A stretch of 64,000 bases of DNA, from NCBI RefSeq assembly GCF_009914755.1, contig NC_060927.1, one strand, 5' to 3'. Positions 34,357 to 45,899 of the stretch are shown in pieces (within the stretch, counting starts at the first letter, position 1; every line of letters begins with the position of its first letter). A program made the position numbers and the translations under genes. The notes beneath the pieces are model-generated. The model was not told the origin of the DNA. It saw nothing but the letters and a program-made list of their open reading frames with translations, and did no database searches. This stretch comes from the human T2T-CHM13v2.0 reference genome, Homo sapiens.

Positions 34357-35419
34357 TGTATCAACTGTGCCTTTTATTTTCTGATGCTTTGACACCCTGG
34401 AGACTTGCTGACCCTGGAGTGGTTGTTCCTCCCAGGGCTAGCTAATTCCTGGAGATAGCAAAAAACTCTTCTTCTAGCATGCCTTTCATATGCATAACTG
34501 CCCAATATGGGTTGAGGAATCCATAGTCCAAACCTTACCATCTCCCTTATAGGGGCTTTCACACTTCAGGCCACTATCCACCTGCCCTAATCACCCAAGG
34601 GTCAGGTAGCAGACAGCTGATCTGCACCAGACCCTTCTGAAATCATTCAAACTAGCCAATCCTAAATCTGTTTACCCCAGCTCACCTGTTTTTTCCCACA
34701 GAAACCACAATAAAGGTTCTTGCCCACATTTTCCTCTTGCTCCTCTGCCTCCTGACTGACACTGTGCTTCCCTGTGTTGTCCCCACATGGTGTGGCATGC
34801 CTTCTTCTCTTGGGATCTGTGAGTAAATGTGATGGTTAATATTGAGCGTCAACTTGATTGGATTGAAGAATGCAAAGTATTGTTCCGAAGTGTGTCTGTG
34901 AGGTGTTGCCAAAGGAGGTTAACATTTGAGTCAGTGGACTGGGAGAGGCAGACCCACCCTCAATCTGAGTGGGCACCATCCTAGCTGCCAGCACAGCTAG
35001 GATAAAAGCAGGTGGAGGAACATGCAAAGACTAGACCGGCTTAGTCTTCTGGGCTACATCTTTCTCCCCTGCTGGAGGCTTCCTGCCCTCAAACATCAGA
35101 CTCCAAGTTCTTCAGCTTTTGGGCACTTGAACCTTCGACCACAGACTGAACGCTGCACCATCAGCTTTCCTACTTTTGAGGTTTTGGGACTTGGACTGGC
35201 TTCCTTGCTCCTCAGCTTGCAGATGGCCTATTGTGGGACTTCACCTTGTGATCATGTGAGTCAAGACTCCTTAATAAGCTCCCCTTTATATATACATCTA
35301 TCCTATTAGTTCTGTCCCTCTAGAGAACCCTAATACAGTAACAAACTGTCTTTTCAGTGACAACCATTTCCTGAGGCCATATCATACCTGAAAAATAATA
35401 AAACCTATATTTTAAAACG
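34357..35419 (+). mobile_element. ERVL-class solo LTR (MER74/MER73/LTR47 group), interrupted by MLT2A
   Basis: tgatgctttgaca...ttgctgaccctggag...cctcccagggctagctaattcctggagatagc; AATAAA at ~34708; perfect 5-bp TSD TGCAG at 34352-34356 and 35420-35424. Confidence 0.8.
34828..35337 (+). mobile_element. MLT2A (HERV-L) solo LTR
   Basis: TGTGATGGTTAATATTGAG..TCAACTTGATTGGATTGAAG start and CCTCTAGAGAACCCTAATACA end; TSD GTAAA/GTAAC. Confidence 0.92.
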
Positions 35420-35760
35420 TGCAGTTATGATATTGATCCCACCTTTGTTATAACCTTATAAACAATGTGCCTATCAATATCAGTTGACCCATTATCTCTG
35501 GATTATATTCATCTTTCTTGGGCCACACATATTCATATTCCCAAACCTTCACTGTATAAGCAAGTCAGAGATAACCCAGATGAATGTTTTATTATAATTT
35601 ACATGAAGTTTAGTTCACTATATAGATGACTTTGACAAGTTCTTTATAAGTAGATTATAAGGTCTTTGGGGGAGGGGCAATGACTATACTTTGTGTGTGT
35701 TTGTGTGTGTACGAAAAAGAAACGTGATAACTTATTTGGCATTTCTGGCAGGGAGTGAAG

Positions 35761-37850
35761 CTAGTTGAATATCTCTTATCTGAAATGACTGGCACTTGAA
35801 GTGTTTTGGATTTTGGATTTTTTGGGGGTATCTTGGAGGTGAAACCCAAGTATAAAGATGAAATGTATTTATGTTTCATATACACATTATATGCTTAAGC
35901 TGAAAGTAATTTTATACAATATTTTAAATAATTTTGAAACAAAGTTTGTGTACATTGAACATCAGAAAGCACAAGTGTCACTATATAAGGAACCCATGTG
36001 GACAATCTGTGGTTGTTTGGTTTCACCCTCATTCTCGACTCCGAATTTATATGCTACTGATAAGCAATCCTTTTATTGTGCTTATTCACACATAAGTACT
36101 TAACAGTAAAGCAAGGCTTATGCTTCATTGCTATCGTGTCATCTATAGGCATGTTTTCTACAGTGTTGTCATTTTCATCATCAGTATTATGATTGCCTTA
36201 ATTCAGAACCATTTTAGCTATTACACCTTTGGTCAATAAATAAACAACTGGAGCCTCATTATCAATGTTACAAATTTATTCAATATCTACTTCTTCCAGT
36301 TTACTGATGGAAGGTATATTTTTGCATAAGCAAGGAGGTCAGACACCATTTTTTTCTCACTTGACATATGGAATCCTTGAAAGTCACCACCTTGTTCAAC
36401 ATCATCACTGGACATAGTTGCAAGCCAGAGATTGTCCCAGGCATGCACAAATTGTCTTTAGTCAACTGTATAGCAAGTATTGGCAACAGCTTATACAGCA
36501 TATTTTATGCAAAATGTCTTTTGAAAACATTCCACACCCTCCGTTTACTGCTGCTAGCATGCTACTCAAGAAAGAATAAATGCTACATTTATTCTTCATT
36601 CATCTAAAGATACCCTGGTCACATGGCTGAATTAATAAAATCACATTTGGGGCAAAGTACATGGAATAAAAAATGTTTTTGATGAGAATTTCAGCTGAAG
36701 GTTGAGCAGAACTGTTGTCAAAAAATAACAAAATCTTGCAGTCATCATCCAGTTCCATTTCACTACAATGAACACAAGCTGCTGGTACAAAATATTTGTG
36801 ACACCAATCAGAAAAGATGTCCCTGTTGATCCATGCCTTTTTGATAGCATAGTAATGGACTGCTAAGAAATTAACTCCTTGAAATCAGTGTGGACACAGG
36901 TTTTTGGCTATCACAGCAAGTTTATACTTACGCGTGTCTGCTGTGTTAGCACAGCCCAGCACAGTTATCGTGTCTTTGGCATCCTTAATTCCTGCACAGG
37001 CTTTCTCATCAGCTGTAGTCAGTGTCTATCTGGGGCAATAACACCAAAACAGTGATGTTTCATCAGCGTTCTATATTTACCCTGGCATCCGATTTTCATC
37101 AGTGATGACCTTGGCAAACCTGTCAATGGAATTTGTTGCTTCTTGATCAGCAGATGCTTTATCACCACAAATCTTTAAACATTTGATATTGTGTCTCTTC
37201 TTACATTTCTGCAACCTTCCTGTCGAATATTCAAAGTTCCCTTCAATTTTCAGTCCATCATGATAAATCTTTGCTCTTTTCATCGTCAGCATACCATTAA
37301 GTGGCATGTGTTCACTGCAACACTGACAGATCTGGTCTCTCAATACTTGACTGAGATCTTTATTTTTAACATTAGGTAGTGTTTTTCTATTTTTCATTAA
37401 CTTTTGTTCATCACTTTCAGCATAGAACTTCCACAGTGTATCCTTCTGTTTCCTTAGGTCTTACATCACAGAGAATAAGCAAAAAAGAAAACAAGCAAAC
37501 GTACAATTATAGTGAGTAATGTACATAGTTATTGGCTTCATGTGGGACATTGTGGGGAACCTGCCATCGGTGCATCCTGCCTGCACATGTGCCATTTTAT
37601 TACCTCTTGTGGGTGTGCTTGTGTGTGGGACTCTGGGCCTGTGCCAAAATACAGCAGAAGGAGAATAAAAAGGTCTTTTTTCTTTTGGGGATGCTGAATA
37701 ACTTCATTGTGCGCCTGCATTTTGACTGCGACCCATCGCATGAGATTAGATGTGGAATTTTCCACTTGTGGTGTCACACTGACACTCGCAAAGTTTCAGA
37801 TTTTTAAGCATTTAAGATTTTGGGGTTTTGAATTTGGAATGCTCAACCTG
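35761..37850. mobile_element. Tigger4/Zombi (TcMar-Tigger) DNA transposon, internally deleted
   Basis: MER46/Tigger4-type ends (..gttgaatatctcttatctgaaat and ggaatgctcaacctg followed by TA); decayed transposase on the minus strand. Confidence 0.85.
36400..37400 (-). pseudogene. pogo/Tigger transposase remnant (CENP-B/Jerky-like HTH and DDE region)
   Basis: ORF 37077..37397 (KNRKTL...PLNGML...FEYSTGRLQKCKKRHNIKCLKICGDKASAD) is a CENP-B-type HTH; VHAWDNLW motif on the minus strand near 36425-36450. Confidence 0.82.
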
Positions 37851-38995
37851 TATATATTTTTGGCCAAATAGCACTGACCTTCCACCTGAAAAGTTTATTT
37901 TCAAGTGAGTGGGCGGCTTTGGGAGGGATACACATAAAGTGCAAACAGAAGGTAGAGATACTTGTTTAATAAATGAGAGAAAAAAGTTCAGCCCTGCCAT
38001 CACTTAGATCATCTTTCAAACCATATCCTGCATTTCTGTTATTTCTGTTGTTAGTTGTAGTGGTAAGAACCTTGTAGGTCCCTGAGATAAGCCTCTTGCT
38101 GAATGTTTTTCCTTGTGCTTTATATGTAGAACCTCTATGTCCTGGTCTTCTCTGTGACTAAAAAAGAAGTTACATTAACTTTTAATCACTGCTTTGATAA
38201 TAGGATCACATAACCCCAAGTATACTCCAGTTATTTGTGAAGTTCCCCAACGGTTATCTCTCAGTTAAAAGTGGCATATTATTGTTTTTCTCCTGCTGGC
38301 TTCTACTGGCCCATGTCTCACATCTATAAAATCCACAGAGAAGCATTGTGACTGGCTCAGCTGAGAGTGCTCATGATCAGAACTCCTATGGGGATGACAG
38401 TGGTGCTATTTCCAGATGCTCTCCTGGTTGCCAGCCCTGAGTCAAAGCTAGGTTCCATTGAGAGGCAGACAGAGTCACCTATTCCCTGCCTACCACTTTT
38501 CCACAGGGCCTGAATTCTACAGAACCTCCTGTGAAAAATTTGGATTTTGGGCTTCATCACTCTAACCATGGAGGCTCATATCCATTTCAAGGAGCCAGAG
38601 GGTCATAAGTGCCATACCACCTACTCCTCATCCCTCTCTCCTTCAACTCTAACCCATCCCTCTCCCCACTACATACCAAAATTTACTCCAAATGCAACAC
38701 TGTCTGTGACAAAGCAGTTTTTAAAATATTGGAGTCCTGGTCTTTCCACACACCTCTATTTTACCAGGGAGTCTTTGCTTTACCTTTATATGAGAGGCCC
38801 TTTGAGTTGGTTTCCCCAGAAGGAAGATCTACTCCAATTCAAGACTGCACCATTTGCAATGAGTGTACAGTGTAATGCTTTTAAATTGCAGTTTTTGTTT
38901 TTTCTACTCTCTTCATCAAATTTTTAGAGATCTTAGGGCTACTTTAAAGCTGAAGGGCAAGAACATCTTTCTCTTCAATCGTCTTTGCAATGATA

Positions 38996-39542
38996 CAGCA
39001 GTTTGCAACCCCAGCTTCACATTAGAATCACTTGGCGGTGAGGGAGGTTTAAATATATTGGTGACAGGGGTCCACCTAAGGCAAATTAAATCAAATCTGT
39101 GAGGGTGGGGCTCAGGCATTTTCCTTCCTTCCCTCCCTCCCTCCCTCCCTTCCTTCCTTCTTTCTTTCTTTTTCTTTTTTTTCTTTCTTTTCCTTTTTGA
39201 GACCAAGTCTCACTGTGTTGTCCAGGCTGGAGTGCAGTGGTGCAATCTCAGCTCACTGCAATCTCCACCTCCTAGGTTCAAGCAATTCTTGTGCCTCAGC
39301 GTCCTGAGTAGCTGTGATTACAGGTCTATGTCACTAGGCCCGGCTAATTTTTGTGTTTTTAATAGAGATAGAGTTTTGCCATGTTGGCCAGGCTGCTCTT
39401 GAACTCCTGACCTCAAGTGATTTGCCTCCCTCGGCCTCAGAAAGTGCTGGGATTATAGGGATCAGCCACTGCTCCAGGCCATATTTTTTAATGCTCCAAA
39501 ATGATTTTATTAATAATAAACAACCAGAGTTAAGAACCACTG
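38996..39542. mobile_element. MER5A (hAT-Charlie) split by an Alu
   Basis: cacattagaatcacttgg...gggtggggctcaggcatt [Alu] tttttaatgctcc...agagttaagaaccactg. Confidence 0.8.
39119..39480 (-). mobile_element. AluS (Sx/Sz-like) with tail converted to a (CCTT/CCCT/CTTT)n repeat
   Basis: Full dimer 39198-39480 with gaactcctgacctcaagtga; pyrimidine tail 39119-39198. Confidence 0.93.
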
Positions 39543-39613
39543 TTGTAAATACTTGGCCTTGGGCTGAGAAACTCCAATTTGTTACAGACAGGGGCACATC
39601 TAATCTTTATCTT

Positions 39614-40998
39614 TTTTTTTTTTTAATTATACTTTTTTAGAGTACATGTGCACAACGTGCAGGTTTGTTACATACGTATACATGTGCCATGTTGGTGTGT
39701 TGCACCCATTAACTTGTCATTTAACATTAGGTATATCTCCTAATGCTATCCCTCCCCGACAACAGGCCCTGGTGTGTGATGTTTCCCTTCCTGTGTCCAT
39801 GTGTTCTCACTGTTCAATTCCCACCTGTGAGTGAGAACATGCGGTGTTTGGTTTTTTGTCCTTGCGATAGTTTGCTGAGAATGATGGTTTCCAGCTTCAT
39901 CCATGTCCCTACAAAGGACATGAACTCGTCATTTTTTATGGCTGCATAGTATTCCATGGTGTATATGTGCCACATTTTCTTAATCCAGTCTATCATTGTT
40001 GATGATGGTGATGTACAGATGGGGTTTTGGTGTGGATGTCCTTTCTGTTCATTAGTTTTCATTCTAACAGTCAGGACCCTCAGCTGCAGGTCTGTTGGAG
40101 TTTGCTGGAGGTCCACTCCAGAACCTGTTTGTATGGGTATCAGCAGCGGAGGCTACAGAACAGTGGATATTGGTGAACAGCAAATGTTGCTGCCTGATCG
40201 TTCCTCTGGAAGTTTTGTCTCAGAGGAGTACCCAGCCGTGTGAGGTGTCAGTCTGTCCCTACTGGAGGGTGCCTCCCAGTTAGGCTACACGGGGGTCAGG
40301 GACACACTTGAGGAGGCAGTCTGTCCGTTCTCAGATCTCCAGCTGCATGCTGGGAGAACCACTACTCTCTTCAAAGCTGTCAGACAGGGACATTTAAGTC
40401 TGCAGAGGATTCTGCTGCCTTTTGTTTGGCTATGCCCTGCCCCTACAGGTGGAGTCTACAGAGGCAGCCAGGCCTCCTTGAGCTGCGGTGGGCTCCACCC
40501 AGTTCGAGCTTCCTGAGCAGCTTTGTTTACCTACTCAAGCCTTGGCAATGGTGGGCACCCCTCCCCCAGCCTCGCTGCCACCTTGCAGTTTGATCTCAGA
40601 GTGCTGTGCTAGCAATGAGCGAGGCTCTGTGGGCACAGGACCCTCTGAGCCATGCGTGGGATATAATCTCCTGGTGTGCCGTTCGCTAAGACCATTGGAA
40701 AAGCGCACTATTAGGGTGGGAGTGACCCAATTTTCCAGGTGCCATCTGTCACCCCTTTCTTTGACTAGGAAAGGGAATTCCCTGACCCCTTGCACTTCCC
40801 GGGTGAGGCAATGCCTTGCCCTGCTTTGGCTCACTCTCCGTGCGCTGCACCCACTGTCCTGCACCCACTTTCTGACACTCCCCAGTGAGATGAACCCAGT
40901 ACCTCAGTTGGAAATGCAGAAATCACCTGTCTTCTGTGTCGCTCACTCTGGGAGCTATAGACTGGAGCTGTTCCTATTCAGCCATCTTGGCTCCACCC
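39614..40998 (-). mobile_element. Internally deleted L1PA (5'UTR fused to last ~60 codons of ORF2, 3'UTR, poly(A))
   Basis: 5' end gggtggagccaagatggc at 40998; junction at 39999-40001; TSD TCTA(A/C)TCTTTATCTT at 39599-39613 and 40999-41013. Confidence 0.95.
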
Positions 40999-41117
40999 TC
41001 TACTCTTTATCTTATGTGAGACCAGGAATCATCACATTTTTCCTTGTTGGATATGAAAAGTTTAACTCAACTGATCATTGCCAATTGCTATTCCCTGTAA
41101 TGTGTGCTAATTCTTGA
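40548..41117 (+). CDS. ORF0: L1 antisense ORF0, open and extended (189 aa), reading out into unique flank; expression unknown
   Basis: [24 protein letters not shown]... within track ORF 40488..41117; gcaATGG context. Confidence 0.55.
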   Translation: MVGTPPPASLPPCSLISECCASNERGSVGTGPSEPCVGYNLLVCRSLRPLEKRTIRVGVTQFSRCHLSPLSLTRKGNSLTPCTSRVRQCLALLWLTLRALHPLSCTHFLTLPSEMNPVPQLEMQKSPVFCVAHSGSYRLELFLFSHLGSTLYSLSYVRPGIITFFLVGYEKFNSTDHCQLLFPVMCANS

Positions 41118-41531
41118 AAGTTTTGGGCTTGTTAGTCCAGTAATCTAGAGGTTTGTCTTCTATGCATTTTGCTGCTATTGGAGACATTATCTCCACCTGG
41201 GCTTCTGGTTATAACACCTTGGTTTTCCATAGGTGTGCTTAATAAAGGATCAACACATCTGTTTTATTTCCAAATCTCCTGAAAGTAGTTATCTCTTTGA
41301 ACTGGTTAAGTGTATATACTCGAAATAAATTACATATCATTTTAGAACAAGGGTTTAATAAGCTTAAAACAAAAACCCATTTGATTCTGTATTTACTAAC
41401 ACTGAATTATTGTTAAATACTTTTTAATATAGTTTTGTTTTTCTCATCCTTAGAAAGATTAGCTTGCTTTGAGTATCCTGCTCAAACTGGGTTATGTACC
41501 ACTCTCACATGGTTTTCAAATTTTGAGAGCG

Positions 41532-41545
41532 CCACTAGAGGTCGA
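41532..41545 (+). promoter_or_regulatory. Candidate CTCF core motif
   Basis: CCACTAGAGGTCGA versus consensus CCASYAGRKGGCRS (2 mismatches), with retained CpGs in a CpG-poor unique flank. Confidence 0.45.
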
Positions 41546-41559
41546 AACTCCTGAAGTCT

Positions 41560-41637
41560 TTTATCCTCCTAACAACAATTTAAAACAACGATTTAATCCT
41601 CCTAACAATGATTTAATCCTCCTAACAACGATTTAAT
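41560..41637. repeat. 20-bp minisatellite (GATTTAATCCTCCTAACAAC), about 3.5 units
   Basis: Directly visible tandem units. Confidence 0.9.
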
Positions 41638-42859
41638 ACTTTCATAGAAAAGGCATCTGTTTGGTTTTTCAGTTTCTTAGTACTTTGTTCCTATCTGATT
41701 TCAGTTGGAGAAAGCAGAAAACCATTAAGAAAAGTTATATGGCTTTTGACATTGGTAAAGTAGTTATTGTTTCCCCTCTGATGGAAAATCATCTTTATTT
41801 GCGTATATCTCTGAGTTCTTGCTCCTCCTCATCTGGCATTTGCTATGCATTTATATGAATTGGCACACTTGTCAGTCAGATCTAACCTAGAGGTGTAGGT
41901 GGACACTGCCTCCTGCTTAAAGCCTTAATTACAAAAGTCTCAGTTTACTAGAATACCATAATTAGACAAAATTTCGAAGTATTTAATGATATATTTCAAT
42001 TACAAAGTAGTTTCTCCATAGCCCAACAGAAATAAACTTTTTTAAAAAGCATGCTGTATCATAATAAAAGTTTCTTAATTCTGTCATATGTGCAATATAT
42101 AAAAATTTCTTTCTTTCCATTCTTTGGATCGGCTTGTAATGTTTAATAATGCTTTCAATGATATGATCTAGAAATTAATTAGCTGTTTATAAAAGTTAAC
42201 TTAATTGACAAAGAACATTTCAAGCATTTTCCATGTTATTGTATCATTAAGGATTGGTAAATGTCCGTATTGGTAATGGAATGTTGTTCAGTGCCTACAG
42301 AAGAAAAGTATATCTTTCAAGAAAGCATAAAAAGGCACCATTGTAATTAGACATGCAAGGAAGAGAAATATAAAGTCTTAATACAAGGAATTAGTGTTAC
42401 CCATTATCCTTTCACATAATGAATAAAATAATTTTTACCTTGTGAATTAATATCTTTACTCATTAGAATATGATAATTTTTTACATATTACAAAAGTAGA
42501 AATGAAACAAAGGCTATTACTGATTACCTACTACACATACTATATCATTCATTTTTACTTGCATCTTTCCTATTCAGTTGTCTGAGCTATTGACTTCCAT
42601 AAAAAAAGATCAGATGAGTCACATGGTCAATGTAATTGAGCTCAAAACTACTGTTGTGCATATTGTTTTAAATAAGTTATAAGTTAATTGTCATAAAAAT
42701 TTGTGCCTTCCAACAATTTCAGGGTGCAACTCACTTTGAATTTGCACTAAGAGGGGCAGCCTCTTATAATTTCACGAAGTCCTTAGCAGTCATGATACAA
42801 CCTCATTTTATGAATTGTGTTCTTTATATTTTTTAGTCAAACATCTACACATGCTTTTA

Positions 42860-43570
42860 AGAATTGTTTCTGAGGATATACTATATGTAAAACTAGATGC
42901 TCTATGGAGATGAAGATAAGTGAAACAAAATTACACAAAATAAGTAGATATGTTCTGGTATGAGGAATGAGACAAGTCTACTTTTAATGGCAATGTAAGG
43001 GAAATATGTCAAATACAATAAGAAAAAATACAGAAAAGCTCATAGTTTATTAAAGGAAGGAGAAATATCTGGTTTGGAGACTAAGGCAAATATAATAGAA
43101 GAAGTGATACTTCATTCATTCATACATTCATTCACTTGAAAAATACAGGCAATGAGTATTAGCATAAGATACAGGGAGTTGGGCAGGAAGGACAGATTTT
43201 TGACAGTATTGGGGGAGGCCTTCGAAGGAAAATGAATGATGTGAACTGCTCCTGAATTATCATTAATCTAAATGATGTATACTTTTCTGTGGATCAAGAA
43301 GTAAAGATAAGGTTTAAATAACAGGTTTGAGGTCTGATTTAGGAAGGTCTTGAATTTCAGAACAAAGAGCTTAAATTTCATTTAGAGTTTGATGGAAACT
43401 CATTGTAGATTATTGTGGGTGTGAGATTAATTTGAAATGTGGAGGTAGACTAAAATAAAGGAGACCTATGAAGGTGTGGAGGCTGTTGTAGAAGTAAGGT
43501 GAGAATTATGAGAAGCCTAACAAAGATGTTGAGAATGAGAACAGCACGGAGGGAGTATACATGGGAAGCA
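42860..43570 (-). mobile_element. L2 fragments
   Basis: L2 antisense motifs (cattcattcat..., ggaaggtcttgaatttcag..., ggaggctgttgtag). Confidence 0.55.
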
Positions 43571-43903
43571 TATAAAGTAACGAAATTGCCTCCCACAGGT
43601 TACACATGAAAACCATTCTCCTATTTTGTAGTCACACTTCCAAGGGTATACATACATGCATATTATGTATAATATGACCACATATACCTAACAATGTTAA
43701 AGAATAAAGTGTTGCATATATGTACACTTTTCATTTAACCAAGTTATTATTTGTTAAATATTTTATTTTTTAGTAAAAATATTATTTTTTAATAAAAATT
43801 ATATAAAATGCGTTAGATACTTTACGTCATAGATTTTTAAACAGTTTTTTAATGATGGTTCAGAGCTACTCAACTAATTTTTACTGAATGACTATTCTTA
43901 ATG

Positions 43904-44200
43904 TTTTTCTTTATTTTTTTAGGCAGAGTCTCACTCTGTCACCCAGGCTGGAATGCAATGGTGTGGTCTCAGCTCACTGCAACCACCGCCTCCCAGGTTC
44001 AAGCAACTCTCATGCCTCAGCCACCTGAGTAGCTGAGATTACAAGCGTGCACCACCACACCCAGCTAATTTTTGTATTTTTAGTAGAGACGGGGTTTCGG
44101 CATGTTGGCCAGGCTAGTCTCAAACTCCAGGCCTCAAGCAATCTGCCCGCCTCAGTCTCCCAAAGTGCTGGGATAACAGGCATAAGCCACTGTGCCCAGC
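43904..44200 (-). mobile_element. AluS (Sx/Sz-like)
   Basis: Complete dimer with linker ctaatttttgtatttttagtagagacgggg. Confidence 0.95.
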
Positions 44201-44209
44201 CAGAGTGAC

Positions 44210-45080
44210 TACCTTTTAAAGTCAGGTTTACTGATGTATAATTTATATACGATAAAATTCATCTTATAAAATGTATAATTTCATTAGTTTTGACAAATGT
44301 ATATATTTACATAACTACCACCACAATCAACATTTAGAACATTTAATAATCCCCCAAATTTCTTCATGCATATATTTTTAAATCAATTTCCTCCCCTTAT
44401 TCTCTTGACAATCACTACTGTGATTCACATTTTTGTTCTCTTCCCCTCAGTAATTTGTTCTTTTAAATTGCTCATTAGTGTTCCATTATTTAGATTGACT
44501 ACAATTTATTTATCTATTCACCAGGGTTGCTTCTAGTTTGTATGTATTATGAATAGAGCTGCTATGAACATTCAAGTGCAAGTTTGTGGGTGGACAAACA
44601 TTGTAATTTCTCTTGAGTAGTTACCTAATGAGTGGAACTGTTGGGTTGTATGGTGAGTATATATTTAATTTTATAAGAAAATACTGAACTGTTTTCCAAA
44701 GTGGCTGTGCCATTTTAAATTTCCATCAGTAAAGTGTGAGAGTTAGTTGCTCCACATCCTTGATAGTACTTTGTACTGTTAGTCTATTTCAGTCATTTTA
44801 GTAAGTGTATAATGATATTTTTTGGTTTTAGTTTATATTTCCCAAATGACTATATTATATTGAGCAACTTTTCATGTTCTTACTGACCATCTGTATACTT
44901 TCTTTGGTGAAGTGTCTGTTCAAGTACTTTTCTCACTTATTATTGGGCTATTTGTTGTAAGATACATATCTATTCTGGATACAAGTTCTTTAGCATATAT
45001 GTATTTTGCAAATATTTTCTCCCAGACTATAATTTGTTTTTTCATTTTCTTAATAATGAATTTTGAAGAATATCTTTTTC
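44210..45080 (-). mobile_element. Old L1M (L1MC/L1ME-like) 3' portion
   Basis: gctgctatgaacattc..., gttttccaaagtggctg..., gtgaagtgtctgttcaag..., tttgcaaatattttctccca are antisense L1 ORF2/3'UTR motifs. Confidence 0.85.
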
Positions 45081-45282
45081 AAAATAAATGAATACACAAA
45101 AGTGCAAACATTTAGTGATAAGCAGATAATTAAAATAGGTTGCTGTGATGGAGGACAAATGAGTGGCCACATTAGATTGGATGGTTAATGTAGGCCTCTC
45201 TGTTGAAATGACATTTTTAAACTTAGGTGTGAATCAGGGGAAAGAGTATTCCAGTTAATAGTAACAGAAGGCCCTAAGATGG

Positions 45283-45782
45283 CATGATGGTTAATTTTAG
45301 GTGTCAACTTGTCTGGGTTAAGGGATACTTATAGAGCTGGTAAACTTATTTCTGGATGTGTCTGTGAGGGTGATTCTGTAGGAGACTGACATATGAGTAA
45401 ATGGTCTGAGTGGGGAAGACACACCCTCCCAAGGTGAGGCAGCTTCCAGTTGGCTGAGGGTCTGGATTGAACAAAAAGGCAGAGGAAAGGCAAATATTTT
45501 CTCACCTAGAGCTGAGACACCCTTCTTCTTCTGCCCTTGGATGTGAGAACACCAGGTATCTAGCCTTTGGACTCTGGGACTTGCATCAGCAGTCCCTTGG
45601 GTTCTCAGGCCTTCAACTTCAGACTGAGATTTATACCTGGACTTCCCTGTTTCTGAGACTTTCAAACTTAGACTGAGCCAGGCCACCAAGTTCCCTGGTT
45701 CTCCAGCTTGCAGATGGCCTATCATAGAAATTTTCAGCCTCCATAATTCCATAGGGCAATTCCCCCCAATAAATGTCTTCTC

Positions 45783-45833
<51 letters not shown>

Positions 45834-45895
45834 ATCTATCTAATCTATCCAACCATGCATCCTATTGGTCTGTCTCTTTGAAGAACCCTAATATA
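45283..45895 (+). mobile_element. MLT2B/MLT2D-type ERVL solo LTR
   Basis: tgatggttaattttaggtgtcaacttg...ttctccagcttgcagatggcctat...cctattggtctgtctctttgaagaaccctaatata. Confidence 0.85.
45783..45849. repeat. (ATCT)12 tetranucleotide microsatellite plus degenerate units
   Basis: Directly visible. Confidence 0.97.
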
Positions 45896-45899
45896 GATT

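Noticed and set aside
39999-40001. Mini-L1 as a spliced integrated L1 (SpIRE)
   Set aside because: The missing segment does not begin with GT or end with AG in any register; the junction shows CAA microhomology
41560-41637. CRISPR-like array
   Set aside because: Contiguous tandem units without unique spacers, in primate DNA: a minisatellite
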